This document shows, one piece after another, positions 39,308 through 52,417 of a DNA stretch of 64,000 nucleotides (within the stretch, counting starts at the first letter, position 1; each line of letters starts with the position of its first letter). The stretch is from Octopus vulgaris (taxonomy: Eukaryota). The notes beneath the pieces are model-generated. The model was not told where the DNA came from. It saw nothing but the letters and a program-made list of their open reading frames with translations, and ran no database searches. A program made the position numbers and the translations under genes. The stretch spans positions 24,800,001-24,864,000 of the forward strand of contig OX597832.1 of NCBI GenBank assembly GCA_951406725.2. The letters run 5' to 3'.

Positions 39308-40296
39308 TTCAGTTCAGAAAGATGAAGAGATGAAGAGACATGCTGTTATTGTGGTTATAAAGGCTGAGCATAGCGATTTAGCAATATCTCGGTTTTTAAA
39401 ATTTTCCAGTTCTTTCGTCTACAAAGCTTGTAAGGTTGTAAGAAGCTAGAGACTGTAGTTGGAAACGTATCAAAAGCATAAGAAGCATTCTAAATGAAAT
39501 CATCAGTTATCCAGCAAGTTCAACAGAGCATTGATAATACTTCTAGAAAGTCCATGAGGTCAATTACAAAAGATTTCCATGTGTCAGAAGGAACAGCTAG
39601 AAATGTTGTCCACGAAGACATCAGATATAAATCTTATATGATGAAGAAATATATCCGAAAAAGTAAAAGAATATCACTACGCTATATCTAAAAGGTTCTT
39701 AAACAAACTGCAAAATCCAGCAGAAGAAGGTTTGATTTGGTTTTTCTCAAACAAGAAAAACTGCGATCAAGATCAAAAAGTTAACAAGAAATGACAGAGT
39801 GTATGCATAATGTTTGGAACTTCTGGAGTTCCAAGTGTTATGCATACAAAATTTCCTGCAACTGTCATGGTTTTAGGGGTTGTCAGCAATGAAGGACATG
39901 TAATGCCTCCTTACTTCTTTCCACAAAACCTTCAGAGTTAACTCTACCGCCTACATTGAGGCTCTGGAAATATATATTAAGCCCTGGTTAGACAGTGTAT
40001 GGACTATCACACATGACTCTCGTAACACAGGAATGGATGATGACAATTTTCATAATCACATAACCCCTAACATCTGGCCTCGTAATTCTCCAGATCTCAC
40101 TCCATTGGACTATTACATGTGGAGTGTTGTTGAGAGAGAGGTCAATGAAGTGCCCATAATATTCAAAGATTCTTTGAAAGCTATCATAGTCAGAGTAATA
40201 TCCAAAATAAACGAGAACCACTTGATTCGAGCATGTAGATGATTTAGATCTCATATAGAAGCAGTTGTTGAAATTGAAGGTGGCTTTATTGAATAA
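39308..40296 (+). mobile_element. maT/DD37D (Tc1/mariner superfamily) transposase pseudogene
   Basis: MHTKFPATVMVLGVVSNEGHVMPP...NIWPRNSPDLTPLDYYMWSVVERE...EAVVEIEGGFIE*; multiple frameshifts. Confidence 0.9.
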
Positions 40297-40396
40297 CATT
40301 ACTGAAAGGAAAGTTTATATTTATCCTCAAAGAATTTTTGATAAATAATGCTATCTGTTATTATATTTATATTTTATAATATATATATATATATAA

Positions 40397-40525
40397 CCGG
40401 AAGGTTTACGAAAGTAAACAAAAGACGAAGACAGTTGGAGTACAAACAAACAATTGTATTAGTATGGCACTTGGGAATAGAAATAAAACAAGTCTTTTAC
40501 GTTTCGAGCCTACGCTCTTCGACTA
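40397..40525 (-). mobile_element. Penelope-like terminal repeat (same family as 1953-2141)
   Basis: Minus strand CGAAGAGCGTAGGCTCGAAACGTAAAAGAC. Confidence 0.55.
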
Positions 40526-40542
40526 TATTTATATATATAACA

Positions 40543-40922
40543 GATGTGGCTGTGTGGTAAGTAGCTTGCTTACCAACTACATGGTTCCGGGTTCAGTCCC
40601 ACTGCGTGGCACCTTGGGCAAGTGTCTTCTACTATAGCCTCGGGTCTACCAAAGCCTTGTGAGTGGATTTGGTAGACGGAAACTGAAAGAATCCCGTCGT
40701 ATAGATGTATATGTATGTGTATATGTTTGTGTCTGTGTTTGTCTCCCCAAGATCGCCTGAGAACCGATGCTGGTGTGTTTACTTCCCCGTAACTTATCGG
40801 TTCGACAAAAGAGACCAGTAGAATAAGTAGTAGACTTACAAAGAATGACTCGATTTGCACGACTAAAGGCGTTGCTCCAGCATGGAAAACAAACATTCAA
40901 AATAACTGAAACAAGTAAAAGA
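40543..40922 (+). mobile_element. SINE family A, full length
   Basis: A box TGGCTGTGTGG, B box GGTTCAGTCCC, internal microsatellite, AAGTAAAAGAG end. Confidence 0.9.
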
Positions 40923-40986
<64 letters not shown>

Positions 40987-41130
40987 TCTTATCTACATAT
41001 CGACACGCACAGACTGAACCCGGAACCATGTGCTTGGTAAGCAAGCTACCTACCACAGAGCCACTATGTGTGTATATATATATATGCATATGTGTTTATA
41101 TATAATCTTATAAATATATATATATATATA

Positions 41131-41646
41131 TATTATATTGAGGGTACTACTATTCGTAGATACCAACACGCTAAGAGGGACCAATGCGGTCAAAACTACT
41201 AAAAATAAACAAAATTTTACCGAATGCAAAACTTCAAAACACGTCATGTTAAAAAAAGAATTCAGTTACATATCACATGTGATTTCGCATTTAATGCAGA
41301 ATATGCATTTCATGTTCATCAGTGCAACAAACTCAAGAAATATAAGAGAAAACATAACATTACAAGCTCGATAGCCAACCGTAGAATTCGTCGTAGCATG
41401 TACGAATGTTTATCTTTACATATCTATGAAAATGGCGGGCTTATTCGCAATGCATTTCGGTATTAAATTGTCTAGTCGGAATAAAAATTCAGTATTGAAC
41501 TATTCCGGTGAAAAATATAAATTAACAATTGAGGATAAAATCTTTAAAAGAAATTATCAGTAGTCAGCGTGAAAAACCTCGTAAGAGAAAAAATCCGTAA
41601 ATTCTTCCTCTTTGAAAATATTCATTTATATTATATTGAGGGTACT

Positions 41647-41707
<61 letters not shown>

Positions 41708-41803
41708 TATTATATTGAGGGTACTACTATTCGTAGATACCAACACGCTAAGAGGGACCAATGCGGTCAAAACTACTAAAAATAAACAAAATTTTACCGA
41801 ATG
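41131..41803 (+). mobile_element. Direct-repeat-flanked element, possibly a truncated Penelope-like element (GIY-YIG-like remnant)
   Basis: Identical 96-bp repeats at 41131-41226 and 41708-41803; the interior reads QNFKTR...H...HQCNK...RIRRSMYECLSLHIY, loosely like the PLE endonuclease C-terminus. Confidence 0.4.
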
Positions 41804-42755
41804 TATATATATAATCTTATATATACACGAAAACCCAAGTATCATAGGGGGCCGAAATGGCAGCAGGTGGATTAAAATGTGGGAAGTAATTTCTAATCAG
41901 AATTCAAATCAAGATTATTGTCAAAGTTTCTGATTAAAGGCAGGTTTCATATGTTGCATGGAAATGGGACCGTGTAGGGTGTTAGGAAAATTCTACTGGA
42001 AAACGGGGAACGAAATAAAAATCTTCACTAGGCCTACATTTATGGATGCAGATATGGAATCAAACATGGCCAGCAAAGGTATGGCAAAACATAAGCTAAG
42101 AGTTAAAGTGAGTTAGTTTAGTATACTACGTTGAATATAGATATGAATATCCTGGCTGTAGGTGTTGGTTAAGAGAATCAAACTAATACTGCCTGACAAC
42201 ATCTATAGAATATGTAAGTTTTTTCTCTAATTACTGTCGAGAAATATTTCTACAACTGAGATGATAACTATTGTGGAGTAATTGATATTTTTGATTGGTT
42301 ACTGTGTGATGGAGTCAGAATGACAGAAAATCGGGAAAAGAAAGAAAAAGGGAGAGAGGGAGTGAGAGACAGACAGACAGAAAAGGGGGGAGGGAGGAGA
42401 TAGGAGAAGGAATGACAGCAGAACGAAAGAGAGAAAGAGAAAGAGAAAGAGAAAAAAGGGAAAAAGAGGGAGAGATAGAACTAGATATATTTCTGCTGAG
42501 AGACTGATCCATGTAGACAAATAGGACAGATATATGAATAAATAAATATATATATAAATACGTAAAGACACATATAGATATATGAACATATAATTATACA
42601 CATTTATGCAGATATATGTAGGCATGTATATACATATATATTTGTGCATATATACATACATACGTATACATGTATATATATATATATATATAATTTTTAT
42701 CTTATATTAAACTTTTTATACTTTTTGATAGTTATATATATTTAATAAAATAAAA

Positions 42756-42815
<60 letters not shown>

Positions 42816-42959
42816 TTATAAATATAAATTAATAATTTTAAATTTTTAACTTTAAATTCAAATTATTTAAATTTTGAAATTTATATTTTATATATTTTGT
42901 ATTTTATATGAATTAATTTTTATTTCTATGTTTTGGTTTATGTTTTTCACTGTTTGATT

Positions 42960-43070
42960 TGCCTAATAGTGGTTTTATCTCTAATTTAATTGATATATAT
43001 ATATATAAATATATATATTTACGCTCACGAATAAAGCTTTAACGTTTCAGGCCTAAGTTCTTCCGTATTA
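42960..43070 (-). mobile_element. Penelope-like terminus with degenerate hammerhead-like motif
   Basis: Minus strand CGGAAGA...GAAACGTT...AGCGTA; the GCCTAATAGTGGTTTTATCTCTAATTTAAT end also occurs at 29695. Confidence 0.45.
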
Positions 43071-43132
43071 TGTTTGTGTGTGTGTGAGTGTATAAATATA
43101 TGTATGTATGTTTGTATGTGTGTATGTGTGTA

Positions 43133-43450
43133 TGAAGGTGCGTGGCTCAGTTGTTTGGGGCATTCGGATCGTAAGGTCGTGAGTTCAATTCCCGGCGGCG
43201 TACTGTGTCCTAGAGCAAGACACTTTATTTCATATTGCTCCTGTCCACTCAACTGGCAGAAATGAGTAGTACCTGTATTTCAAAGGGTCAGCCTTGTCAC
43301 ACTCTGTGTCACGCTGAATCTCCCCGAGAACTACGTTAAGGGTACACGTGTTTGTGGAGTGCTCAGCCACTTGCACGTTAATTTCACAAGCAAGTTGTTC
43401 CGTTGATCGTATCAGCTGGGACCGTCGTCGTCGCAACCGACGGAGTTCTC
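43133..43450 (+). mobile_element. tRNA-derived SINE with CORE-like domain and family-C 3' tail
   Basis: TGTGTCCTAGAGCAAGACACTTTATTTC CORE-like block; the 3' 170 bp nearly match 16855-17040. Confidence 0.8.
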
Positions 43451-43593
43451 CTAACTATGTGTGTGTATGAGATAGAAATTACTAAAGAGTGAGTGAGAGA
43501 GGGACAGAGAGAAGTAGAGGGAAATAGGGAAGAATTTTGATGCAATTAGCTGTATGTTAATGATATAACACCACAGTAAGGAAGAGAGAAATG

Positions 43594-43683
<90 letters not shown>

Positions 43684-44534
43684 TGCTGAAAGAAAAGACA
43701 AAGGATGCCAGAAGAACGCAAATACAGATATGAATGAACAATGAATATTTCCTAAGCGTCTCGTTCTAATCTACTTCGACAATTTCGTCTGTCCCCCAGG
43801 GAAAGTACCTACGTTCTGTTAGTCGCTTGCTGAAAGCATCACACTAATAACTAGCATTCATAGCTAGAAGAAGTTTGGTGTATATTATATTATATATTTT
43901 CACGGCCTCACATCACATTAATTTTCCGTCCAGAAGTCAATTGTTATTATTTGCTTTCAGGGAAGAGATTTATTAAACCAATACGACGTTTAGTCTTTAG
44001 TTTAGCTTATTAAGTTTCACAAAGTCAGCTTTGGCTAATTATCAGTTATGTTCCTGGTGTGGCAGTGTAACTGTATGTGTGAATCTTGTGTTTGAGTGTG
44101 TTTATGTGTACATATGTGTCTGTGTTTGTGCGCGTGTACTTTTATAGGAATTTAGTGTTTGACTTGGTTTAAGTTCCTACGTATCGATATATATTAACAT
44201 GCATACATGCATGGACACGCGCGCTCACGTGCATATATAGAGGTATTTGCGCGTATATTTGGGTATGTATACATGACAATGTATACATTTTATGTGTGTA
44301 TATGTATGAATAATTATACATATACACACACATGAAATATGTAAATGTTGCGCTATATGTAGATATATGCATTAACATATATATATATATGTGTGTGTGC
44401 ATGTGTGTGTGTGTGTGTGTGTATACATACATATATATATATATATATCTATGTGTGTATGTATATATATATACACATATATATGTATATGTGTATATAT
44501 ATATATGCATATATCTACGCACACATATACATAC

Positions 44535-44566
<32 letters not shown>

Positions 44567-44724
44567 GTGTGTATATATATATATATTTATATATGTATGT
44601 GTGTGTATGTATGTATGTATGTATGTATATATATACATATAGGTATAGATGTTGGGCCAAAAGTCATGCGCCAACACATTTGACATTTTACCTCTATTAC
44701 GTCATTATTATTGTTAAAGGAGCC

Positions 44725-44905
44725 GAGTTGGCAAAGGCAACGAGCTAGCAGAATTGTTAGCACGCTGGGCGAAAAGCTTAGCCATATATCGTCTGCCTCT
44801 ATGATCTGAGTTCCACGGAGGTCGACTTTGCTTTTCATCCTTTTGGGTTCGACAAAATAAGTAACTGGGATCGATGTAACCAATTAGTCCCCTTCCCAAA
44901 CATTT
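44725..44905 (+). mobile_element. SINE family B
   Basis: GAGCTAGCAGAATTGTTAGCACG...GAGGTCGACTTTGC. Confidence 0.8.
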
Positions 44906-45134
44906 CAGGTCTTGTGCAGTGGGACTGAACCCGGAACCGTGTGGTTGGTAAGCAAGCTACTTACCACACAGCCACTTCTGCGCCTTATGTTTATTATATT
45001 TTTGAAAAATATTGTAGAAAAATGTTGTAGATCGGGCGACTTCGTAGAGATTAGGTGTTTTACTTGTTTTACAAATTCAGTATTACTGGTTCAAGGGTCT
45101 TAGAATTAACCATTTAATATTTGCAGCGTGATTA

Positions 45135-45450
45135 AAGCAGTGAGATGACAGAATCGTTAGCACGCCGGGCGAAATGCGTAGCCGTATTTCGCCTGCCGCT
45201 ACGTTCTGAGTTCAAATTCCGCCGAGGTCGACTTTGCCTTTCATCCTTTCGGGTTCGATAAATTAAGTACCAGTTACGCACTGGAGTCAATGTAATCGAC
45301 TTAATCCCTTTGTCTGTCCTTGTTTGTCCCCTCATTGTTTAGCCCCTTGCGGGCAATAAAGAAATAAGAATCGTTAGCACACCAGGCAAAATGCTCAGCG
45401 GCATTTCATTTGTCCCTAAGTTCAAATTCCGCCAAGGTTAACTTTGCCTG
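45135..45450 (+). mobile_element. SINE family B dimer (second unit truncated)
   Basis: Tail AAAGAAATAAG joined to AATCGTTAGCAC of a second head. Confidence 0.8.
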
Positions 45451-46972
45451 TTATGGATATTTCTTAGTTTTAGTGTTCGACATTTTTATTAATCTGTGTT
45501 TGCTTTTCTACACCTCTTCAGATTTCTTTCAATGTGAGAAAATTAAGCTGCTCTTGTTACATCCTAAAGCGAAGTCTGATTGGGCAATTAAACTGTGGAT
45601 TTCATTATTTGTAATGTTCATTTAACATCATAAATAACCATATCGGAGTTAAATAGAGTGTCTATGAGTGTCAATATTAAGGGTTATTTACCTTTATTCT
45701 AAGGCTAAGCAAGCGCGCAACGCAGATCAAAATGCTTTCGCTTATTATCATCAATTGAAGTATCGCCTTTTCTGTTGCCCGTTGGATCTGTAACAACGAG
45801 ATAAATGTAGATGTTCAATAGAAAAAAAATGAGATGTCGGTAAGTGTAATAAAATTTTTATTTAATTATAAAAGGGCGCTCAAAACGTATAATTAATTGA
45901 TAATATGCAAAGACTGGGGAAATATTATATGGCTGAGAGACGTTCGAGAGTCAGAGAAATCGTTTCGCGAGGTTTGTACTGATTCCAAATTCTTGCCGAG
46001 GTCAACTTTGCCCTTCAACCTTTGATGATCGATAGGAAAATGTTCTAATTCATGGACAGCGGATAAAGAAAACTTCCTGTACCGTGGGATCTGAGCTCAA
46101 AGCCCATCGAGGTTGATAACAAAATAAGAACATTCTAAGATGTTCGGACCCGATGTTTTTCCCTGGTGTTTTAGGTTCTTAATTTTGTTACTTGAAATCT
46201 GTTTACGGTCTAGTTGCGGCGTAGACTTAGTCCGTCACCCGGTTTAACATCACCACATGGTACCTTCAGCATGGTCCACTCTATAGCACTCAATCGACCC
46301 AGGTCTCTTCTTTGAGGATACTCTCATTCCTCCCTTGCCCAAGCTCAGAGGCCTTGTGACGGGTCAAGAATTATTCTCCTCTTTTGAATAAACCAAAACT
46401 TAAAAAAGCTCTATGCAACTACATTTATGGAAGCCCACAGAGTACCATTTGAGGAAATCTGGCTACTGTTTCTAACTGGTTGAATTACCACGCAAGTCTT
46501 TCTGATCAGCCAATATCAGAAAGCATTAACCTAATATTATGAAACGGTGAATACTTTTCGGGTCTATTCAGATCCTAATCTTTACTCACAGAATCAATGC
46601 AAAACATATACCAAACAACTTTAGAAAACATGCCAAATGAATAACGAACGTCTGGGTTATAGTGAATCTTTGTATAACTGGGAAAATTTCCTTTGGAACT
46701 TGTATGTGTTGAACTGCAGCAGAAGGAAATCATGGAACTTTCCCGCTTTGTATCTTATGTATATCATTTTCGAGTAAGCTCGATCAATTGTTACAAATTC
46801 CCCAAAAAAACTTTGCTTTCATAATCGTTCATTCATTTCTACAGAAGTTCAACCGCTGATATAGTGATATAGATGTATATCTTAGTATTATATAAGAAAA
46901 TATTTCCTATAGACAAGCGAACACACACACACGCACACACACATACATACATACATACATAGATAGATACAA

Positions 46973-47017
<45 letters not shown>

Positions 47018-47637
47018 TATACATACATATATGTACATATATATATACTTAAACACATAGATACACACATATACATACATATACACACATGCACACACAC
47101 ACACATATATCCAAACGCACAGATACACACATATACATACATGCACACATACATACACACACACGCACACACAATCACACACACGCACATATTCAAACGC
47201 ATAGATACACGCCCATATACATACAGGCACACACAGATATTTATATACATACTTTTACAAGCACGAACCCGCAAGAAAATCTTTGACTGAGACCTTATGT
47301 TGTTGGGGCCGGTGAATACTTTCTAACTTTTTGTCCTCACGTTTTGCGTTCAGGTTTCAAATTCCGCTGCAGTCAGCTTCACCTTCTATTTTTCGCGATC
47401 AACTGAAAAACCACTACTCGTGATTTCTCCTTTGATATTACCAAACCCCAGGAGAGCGAAATGCGTTTGTCGTTCTCAGTGGGTAGAGCAGCGTCTGTGT
47501 GTTCGCCTCGTTCCAAATCTATGGAGAAATTTTATCAATGACAGCTCAAAAGCTTAATGACTCGTAGTTTTTTTTTAGGAGCGGAAGGATACTCCATCAT
47601 ATTTCTGCAACCCCTGTATTTTTCTGAGATGGCTTTA

Positions 47638-48030
47638 GTTTCAGTCATTTGACTGTGGCCATGCTGGAGCACCGCCTTTAGTCGAGCAAATCGACCCCAG
47701 GACTTATTCTTTGTAAGCCTTGTACTTATTCTATCGGTATGTTTTGCCGAACCGCTAAGTTACGGGAACGTAGACACACCAGCATCGGTTGTCAAGCGAT
47801 GTTGTGGGGACAGACAGACAGACACACACGCACACACACATATACATACATACATATACCTTTATACGACAGGCTTCTTTCAGTTTCTGTGTACCAAATC
47901 CACTCACAAGGTATTGGTCGGCCCGAGGCTATAGTAGAAGACACTTGCCCAAGGTGCTACGCAGTGGGGCTGAACCTGGAACCATGTGGTTGGTTAGCAA
48001 GTTACATAACACACAGCCACTCCTACGCCT
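47638..48030 (-). mobile_element. SINE family A, full length
   Basis: Complete match to 27001-27417. Confidence 0.9.
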
Positions 48031-48345
48031 ATAAATTAATGTACCTGGTTCTGGATTTCATTATCGTCAATGATAACCGAGAAGAGTTGAAGTACTAATG
48101 AAGAGATCAAAGACTTGAAGAACCCACTTGAATTACGGTAGTAGTAAAGGTAGAGAAAGCAGAGATCTACTAATTATATATATTAATGCGTATTTTAGAG
48201 GCAGGACATATATTCTTGCTGGTAAGTGTATTTGAGTGTGTATTTGTTTGCTTCTGTTTGCGTGTGCGTGTGTATTTGTTTGTTTGTGTATGTGTGTGCG
48301 TGCGTTTGTGTGTTTTACAATTTCATTGCCCTTATCAAACGTTCA

Positions 48346-48383
48346 CAGATGAAGGTGGTTTATGCTGAGACATTAGCTAATGG
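48346..48383 (+). ncRNA. Degenerate hammerhead-like motif
   Basis: CAGATGA-AGG...GCT-GAGAC followed by the perfect palindrome CATTAGCTAATG. Confidence 0.35.
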
Positions 48384-48724
48384 CAATCATTTTTATTGCA
48401 TCATAAATGTCACAAAAACAAGTAAACATATTTTACTGGAGCGTAATCTCTGCAATAATTTCAAAGAGTGGCATAAGATGCAACAGTTTTTTTTAAATTA
48501 TCGGTTACAAATTAAAGGTTCAATAACCATTGACCAAACCAGGAGGGATAAACAAATATTTCGTTTACCGATTTCTATATTGGAACAAGTATTTTCAGCA
48601 TAATTCAGAGTATCCGAATTATTCGTCACTGAAGAGATCAAATCATGCCGAAACAACGTGTCTATCATATGCACGTATGTAAAATACACACACACACAAA
48701 CACACACATATCTATAATTTTGGG

Positions 48725-48923
48725 GTGGGGTGATGAGTCGATTACATCGACACCAGTGTACATCTGGTATTTATTTCATCGACCTCGAAAGGATAAAAGG
48801 CACAGTTGACCTCAGGGGAATTTGAACTCAGAATGTAGCGACGCTAAGCATTTCGTCCAGCGTGTTAACAACTCTGCCAGCTTGCCGCCTTGAATTTGCA
48901 GCAACAGCAACAACAATAACAGC

Positions 48924-48963
<40 letters not shown>

Positions 48964-48995
48964 GCAACAACAACAACAACAACAACAAAAACAAC

Positions 48996-49029
<34 letters not shown>

Positions 49030-49277
49030 AATAGCAATAATAATAGTAATGGTTTAAAATTTTGCCACACGGTCAGAATTCGTGGGGAAGTGATGAGTCG
49101 CTTACATCGACCCCAGTGCGTAACTGGTACTTATTTAATCGACCCCGAAAGGATGAAAGGCAAAATCGACCTCGGCAGAATTTGAACTCAGAACGTAGTG
49201 ACGGTCGAAATATCGCTAAGCATCTATCAGCTCGCCTACAGCAACAACAACAACAACAGCAACAACAACAGCAACAA

Positions 49278-49311
<34 letters not shown>

Positions 49312-49335
49312 AATAATAATAATAATAATAATAGT
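48725..49335 (-). mobile_element. Two SINE family B copies interleaved with (CAA)n/(TAA)n tracts
   Basis: Cores at 48725-48890 and 49060-49237, each head adjoining a trinucleotide repeat. Confidence 0.85.
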
Positions 49336-49975
49336 ATATTATTAATATCTTTTTCGTAATGGTAATCATCATAGGGTTGAGAGTGTCAGAATTTTCAGTG
49401 CGTCGGACAAAATGCTAAACGGTTTGTCCACTGTCTCTTTATTTTAGGATTTTCCGGAATGGTTTACATCGATTTTCATCCTTTCGAGTTAGCTCAATAA
49501 GATACCTGGGTTCAATGTAATCAACTCGTTCCCTCCCCTCAAATATGTTGGTCTTGTACCGAAAGTAGAGAAGAAATATTATTTATAACCATTACAACTA
49601 TTGTAAAAGGAATTGTAAACACAATGCCGTTACAGATTGCATAGTTACCATTTTTTTTTTGTCGCCATTCAGTATTTATTGTGAGTCTGTATATATTTTA
49701 AAAATATTTCTGTCATAAATTATATCGACACACGGAAAATGTAAGAATTTCAAAAAATTTACTCGTTTTTACATTCATATTTCAACTTTTTTTTTTGATA
49801 CAGAGAGGGATATAAAATATCCGCTTTCTACAAATATGTATGTCTGCATGCAAGTGCGTGCACACACAGTCACACGCATACACACACACACGCACACACA
49901 CATGCACACACACATGCACACACGCAACATGTATACTTCAATCTTCTCCATTCAAAGTTCTCTGTTGATAACCGA

Positions 49976-50097
49976 TTGACTCAACTCTTTGGTACTCTGA
50001 GTTTCAAGCCTGTCGCTAGTCTTCGGCCATTGAATTACTCAGGGGCCGCAGACAAGCGACATGCTTGTAAATCGGTGTACCAATGAGTTTGAATCAA
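49976..50097. repeat. Imperfect 122-bp hairpin made of two inverted hammerhead-like motifs
   Basis: Arms 49976-50028 and 50044-50097, about 80% complementary; minus strand TGG-CCGAAGA-C-TAGC/GCTT-GAAACTCAGAGT-A-CCA. Confidence 0.7.
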
Positions 50098-50487
50098 GCT
50101 GTTTTGATCCATACATGTAATTCCCAGTAAATGTGTTGACCGCCGTTCTTTCGTTTGTACATTAATCGTATATATATATATATATATAGATATGTACATA
50201 TATTTTTTGCCCTCCCCCAAACGATTGTAATAATATTTATATAATAGTTATTGGGCTTAACTGAAACAGCTGTAACGTACTATGTTTGATTTTTGCTGAT
50301 AGTAAAACTTTGTGTTTGTTATGGTAGTTGTGACTTTAAGAGTCCCTCCTAGCGTGAGGCATTTATGTATAGTAATGTCCTTAATATAAATAAATACATT
50401 TAAATGGAATAATTAATAAATGTTTCCCTTATGGGGGTTTTCACGCTAGCTTCTTGATAATTTCTTATAAAGATTTCATCCTCTTTT

Positions 50488-50568
<81 letters not shown>

Positions 50569-50621
50569 AGCATATATATATATATACATAATGTATATAT
50601 ATATACATATATATATATATT

Positions 50622-50717
50622 GTGACGTATTTTTGCCATTTCAATATGGCTAACCCCTAAGGGTGGATGCTACTGTAGTTTTTAGTTAGCCATATTGAAA
50701 TGGCAAAAATACGTCAC
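50622..50717. repeat. Perfect 33-bp-arm inverted repeat
   Basis: GTGACGTATTTTTGCCATTTCAATATGGCTAAC and its exact reverse complement, 30-bp loop. Confidence 0.9.
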
Positions 50718-50762
50718 GATGTGTTACCGCTATTGTATATAACTCACTTTGATATTTATCAT

Positions 50763-50807
<45 letters not shown>

Positions 50808-51368
50808 ACGTGTATGTATATCTAATTATACAACTATACAATTATGTAAATCTATTGTGTCTTGGAAAATACATTATAACCATCTAAAACGAACACATGT
50901 ACTATTCGATAGATTTTGTTCTGTTTTCCATCAAGATTTCTTACTAAGGCGCGTGTCAACGAAACTTCGTCTTACGTATACAACCTGGTCATTAAAGCTA
51001 TTCTCAAGCTACACTAAAACTTTTATCGGCGACTGCATCATACATTGACAACGAAATGTCTTGACACATAATATAATATACAATACTATAATGTAATACT
51101 TCTGAAGTGAATATAACAGCAGATAACTTTGTCGTTTAAATGGCTGACATAAAGTTACCGTGATGGAATAGTCTTGGTTGTAAGACATGACTTCAATTCA
51201 CGTCACTTGACAAGCAAAATACAATTTTGAAATGCGAATATGTATAGTTGTTTTGATATTTCGTAATGTGTAGTGATATGCGGTCAGTAATTAGGGAAAT
51301 TTCTTTTTGCCTCTGTCTGTAAACTATTTTCATTCTACGTAGCAGATGTATGCCTGTGTGTCTGTCTG

Positions 51369-51448
<80 letters not shown>

Positions 51449-51880
51449 CACAAATATGTCTTTATGTGTTTCTGTAACTATTTCTAAGTTCGAGTTGCAT
51501 GTGTGTGTACGTGTGTGTGTTTGTATATATATATATGTACAAACATTCGCCATGATTGATCGCTAGCCACTAAACCATTTTATATTTTCTCTGTTTATTT
51601 CTGTGTTACTTTCTATTGAAGAGCTTACACTATCTCACTTCCAGAGCGTTAAACTTATACATCTCTTTGTTGTTTGCACACCCGTCTTCGTCATTTGCTT
51701 TGTTTGTTTTTGTAAATTCCAACCATATATATATATAGATATATGCGTGTGTGTGTGTGTATATATACGTACATATATGCATACATGCATACATAACCAC
51801 TACGTTCCGAGGTCGTAAAAACATCAACACTGGTTTTCAAGCGGTGGAAGGTGGGTGTCATATGCACAAAGACACAAATA

Positions 51881-51911
<31 letters not shown>

Positions 51912-52340
51912 CGCATATATATATATACACATACTACGAAGTCAAGTTAGGGGTTGTGGATCCAACCCAATAAGGGATAATACTTATCCAATATACTCTT
52001 GGTATAATGCCCAAATTATTAATACACAAGTGTTTTTAATTGCGATGCAATAAACTTAATGTTGTAAATGGGTGAAGGTAAAGAAATATTTGACCATTAA
52101 TTTACATCACAAATAAGAAAATGGAGAAACACATAAGTTGGTTTATCAGCTTTAGGATATTAGAATGTTGACTTATTTAATTATCAAAACTAAAACCATA
52201 ATAACATACATATATACAGTATAAAATTCAATGCATATAAGATAAGAATACAAGTAGTTATTAAGAAAAATAATATAAATTATTTAAAATCATTAAAATC
52301 ACTTACAGCTGTTTCAGCCTATGGAAAAAAAGTAATATGT

Positions 52341-52417
<77 letters not shown>

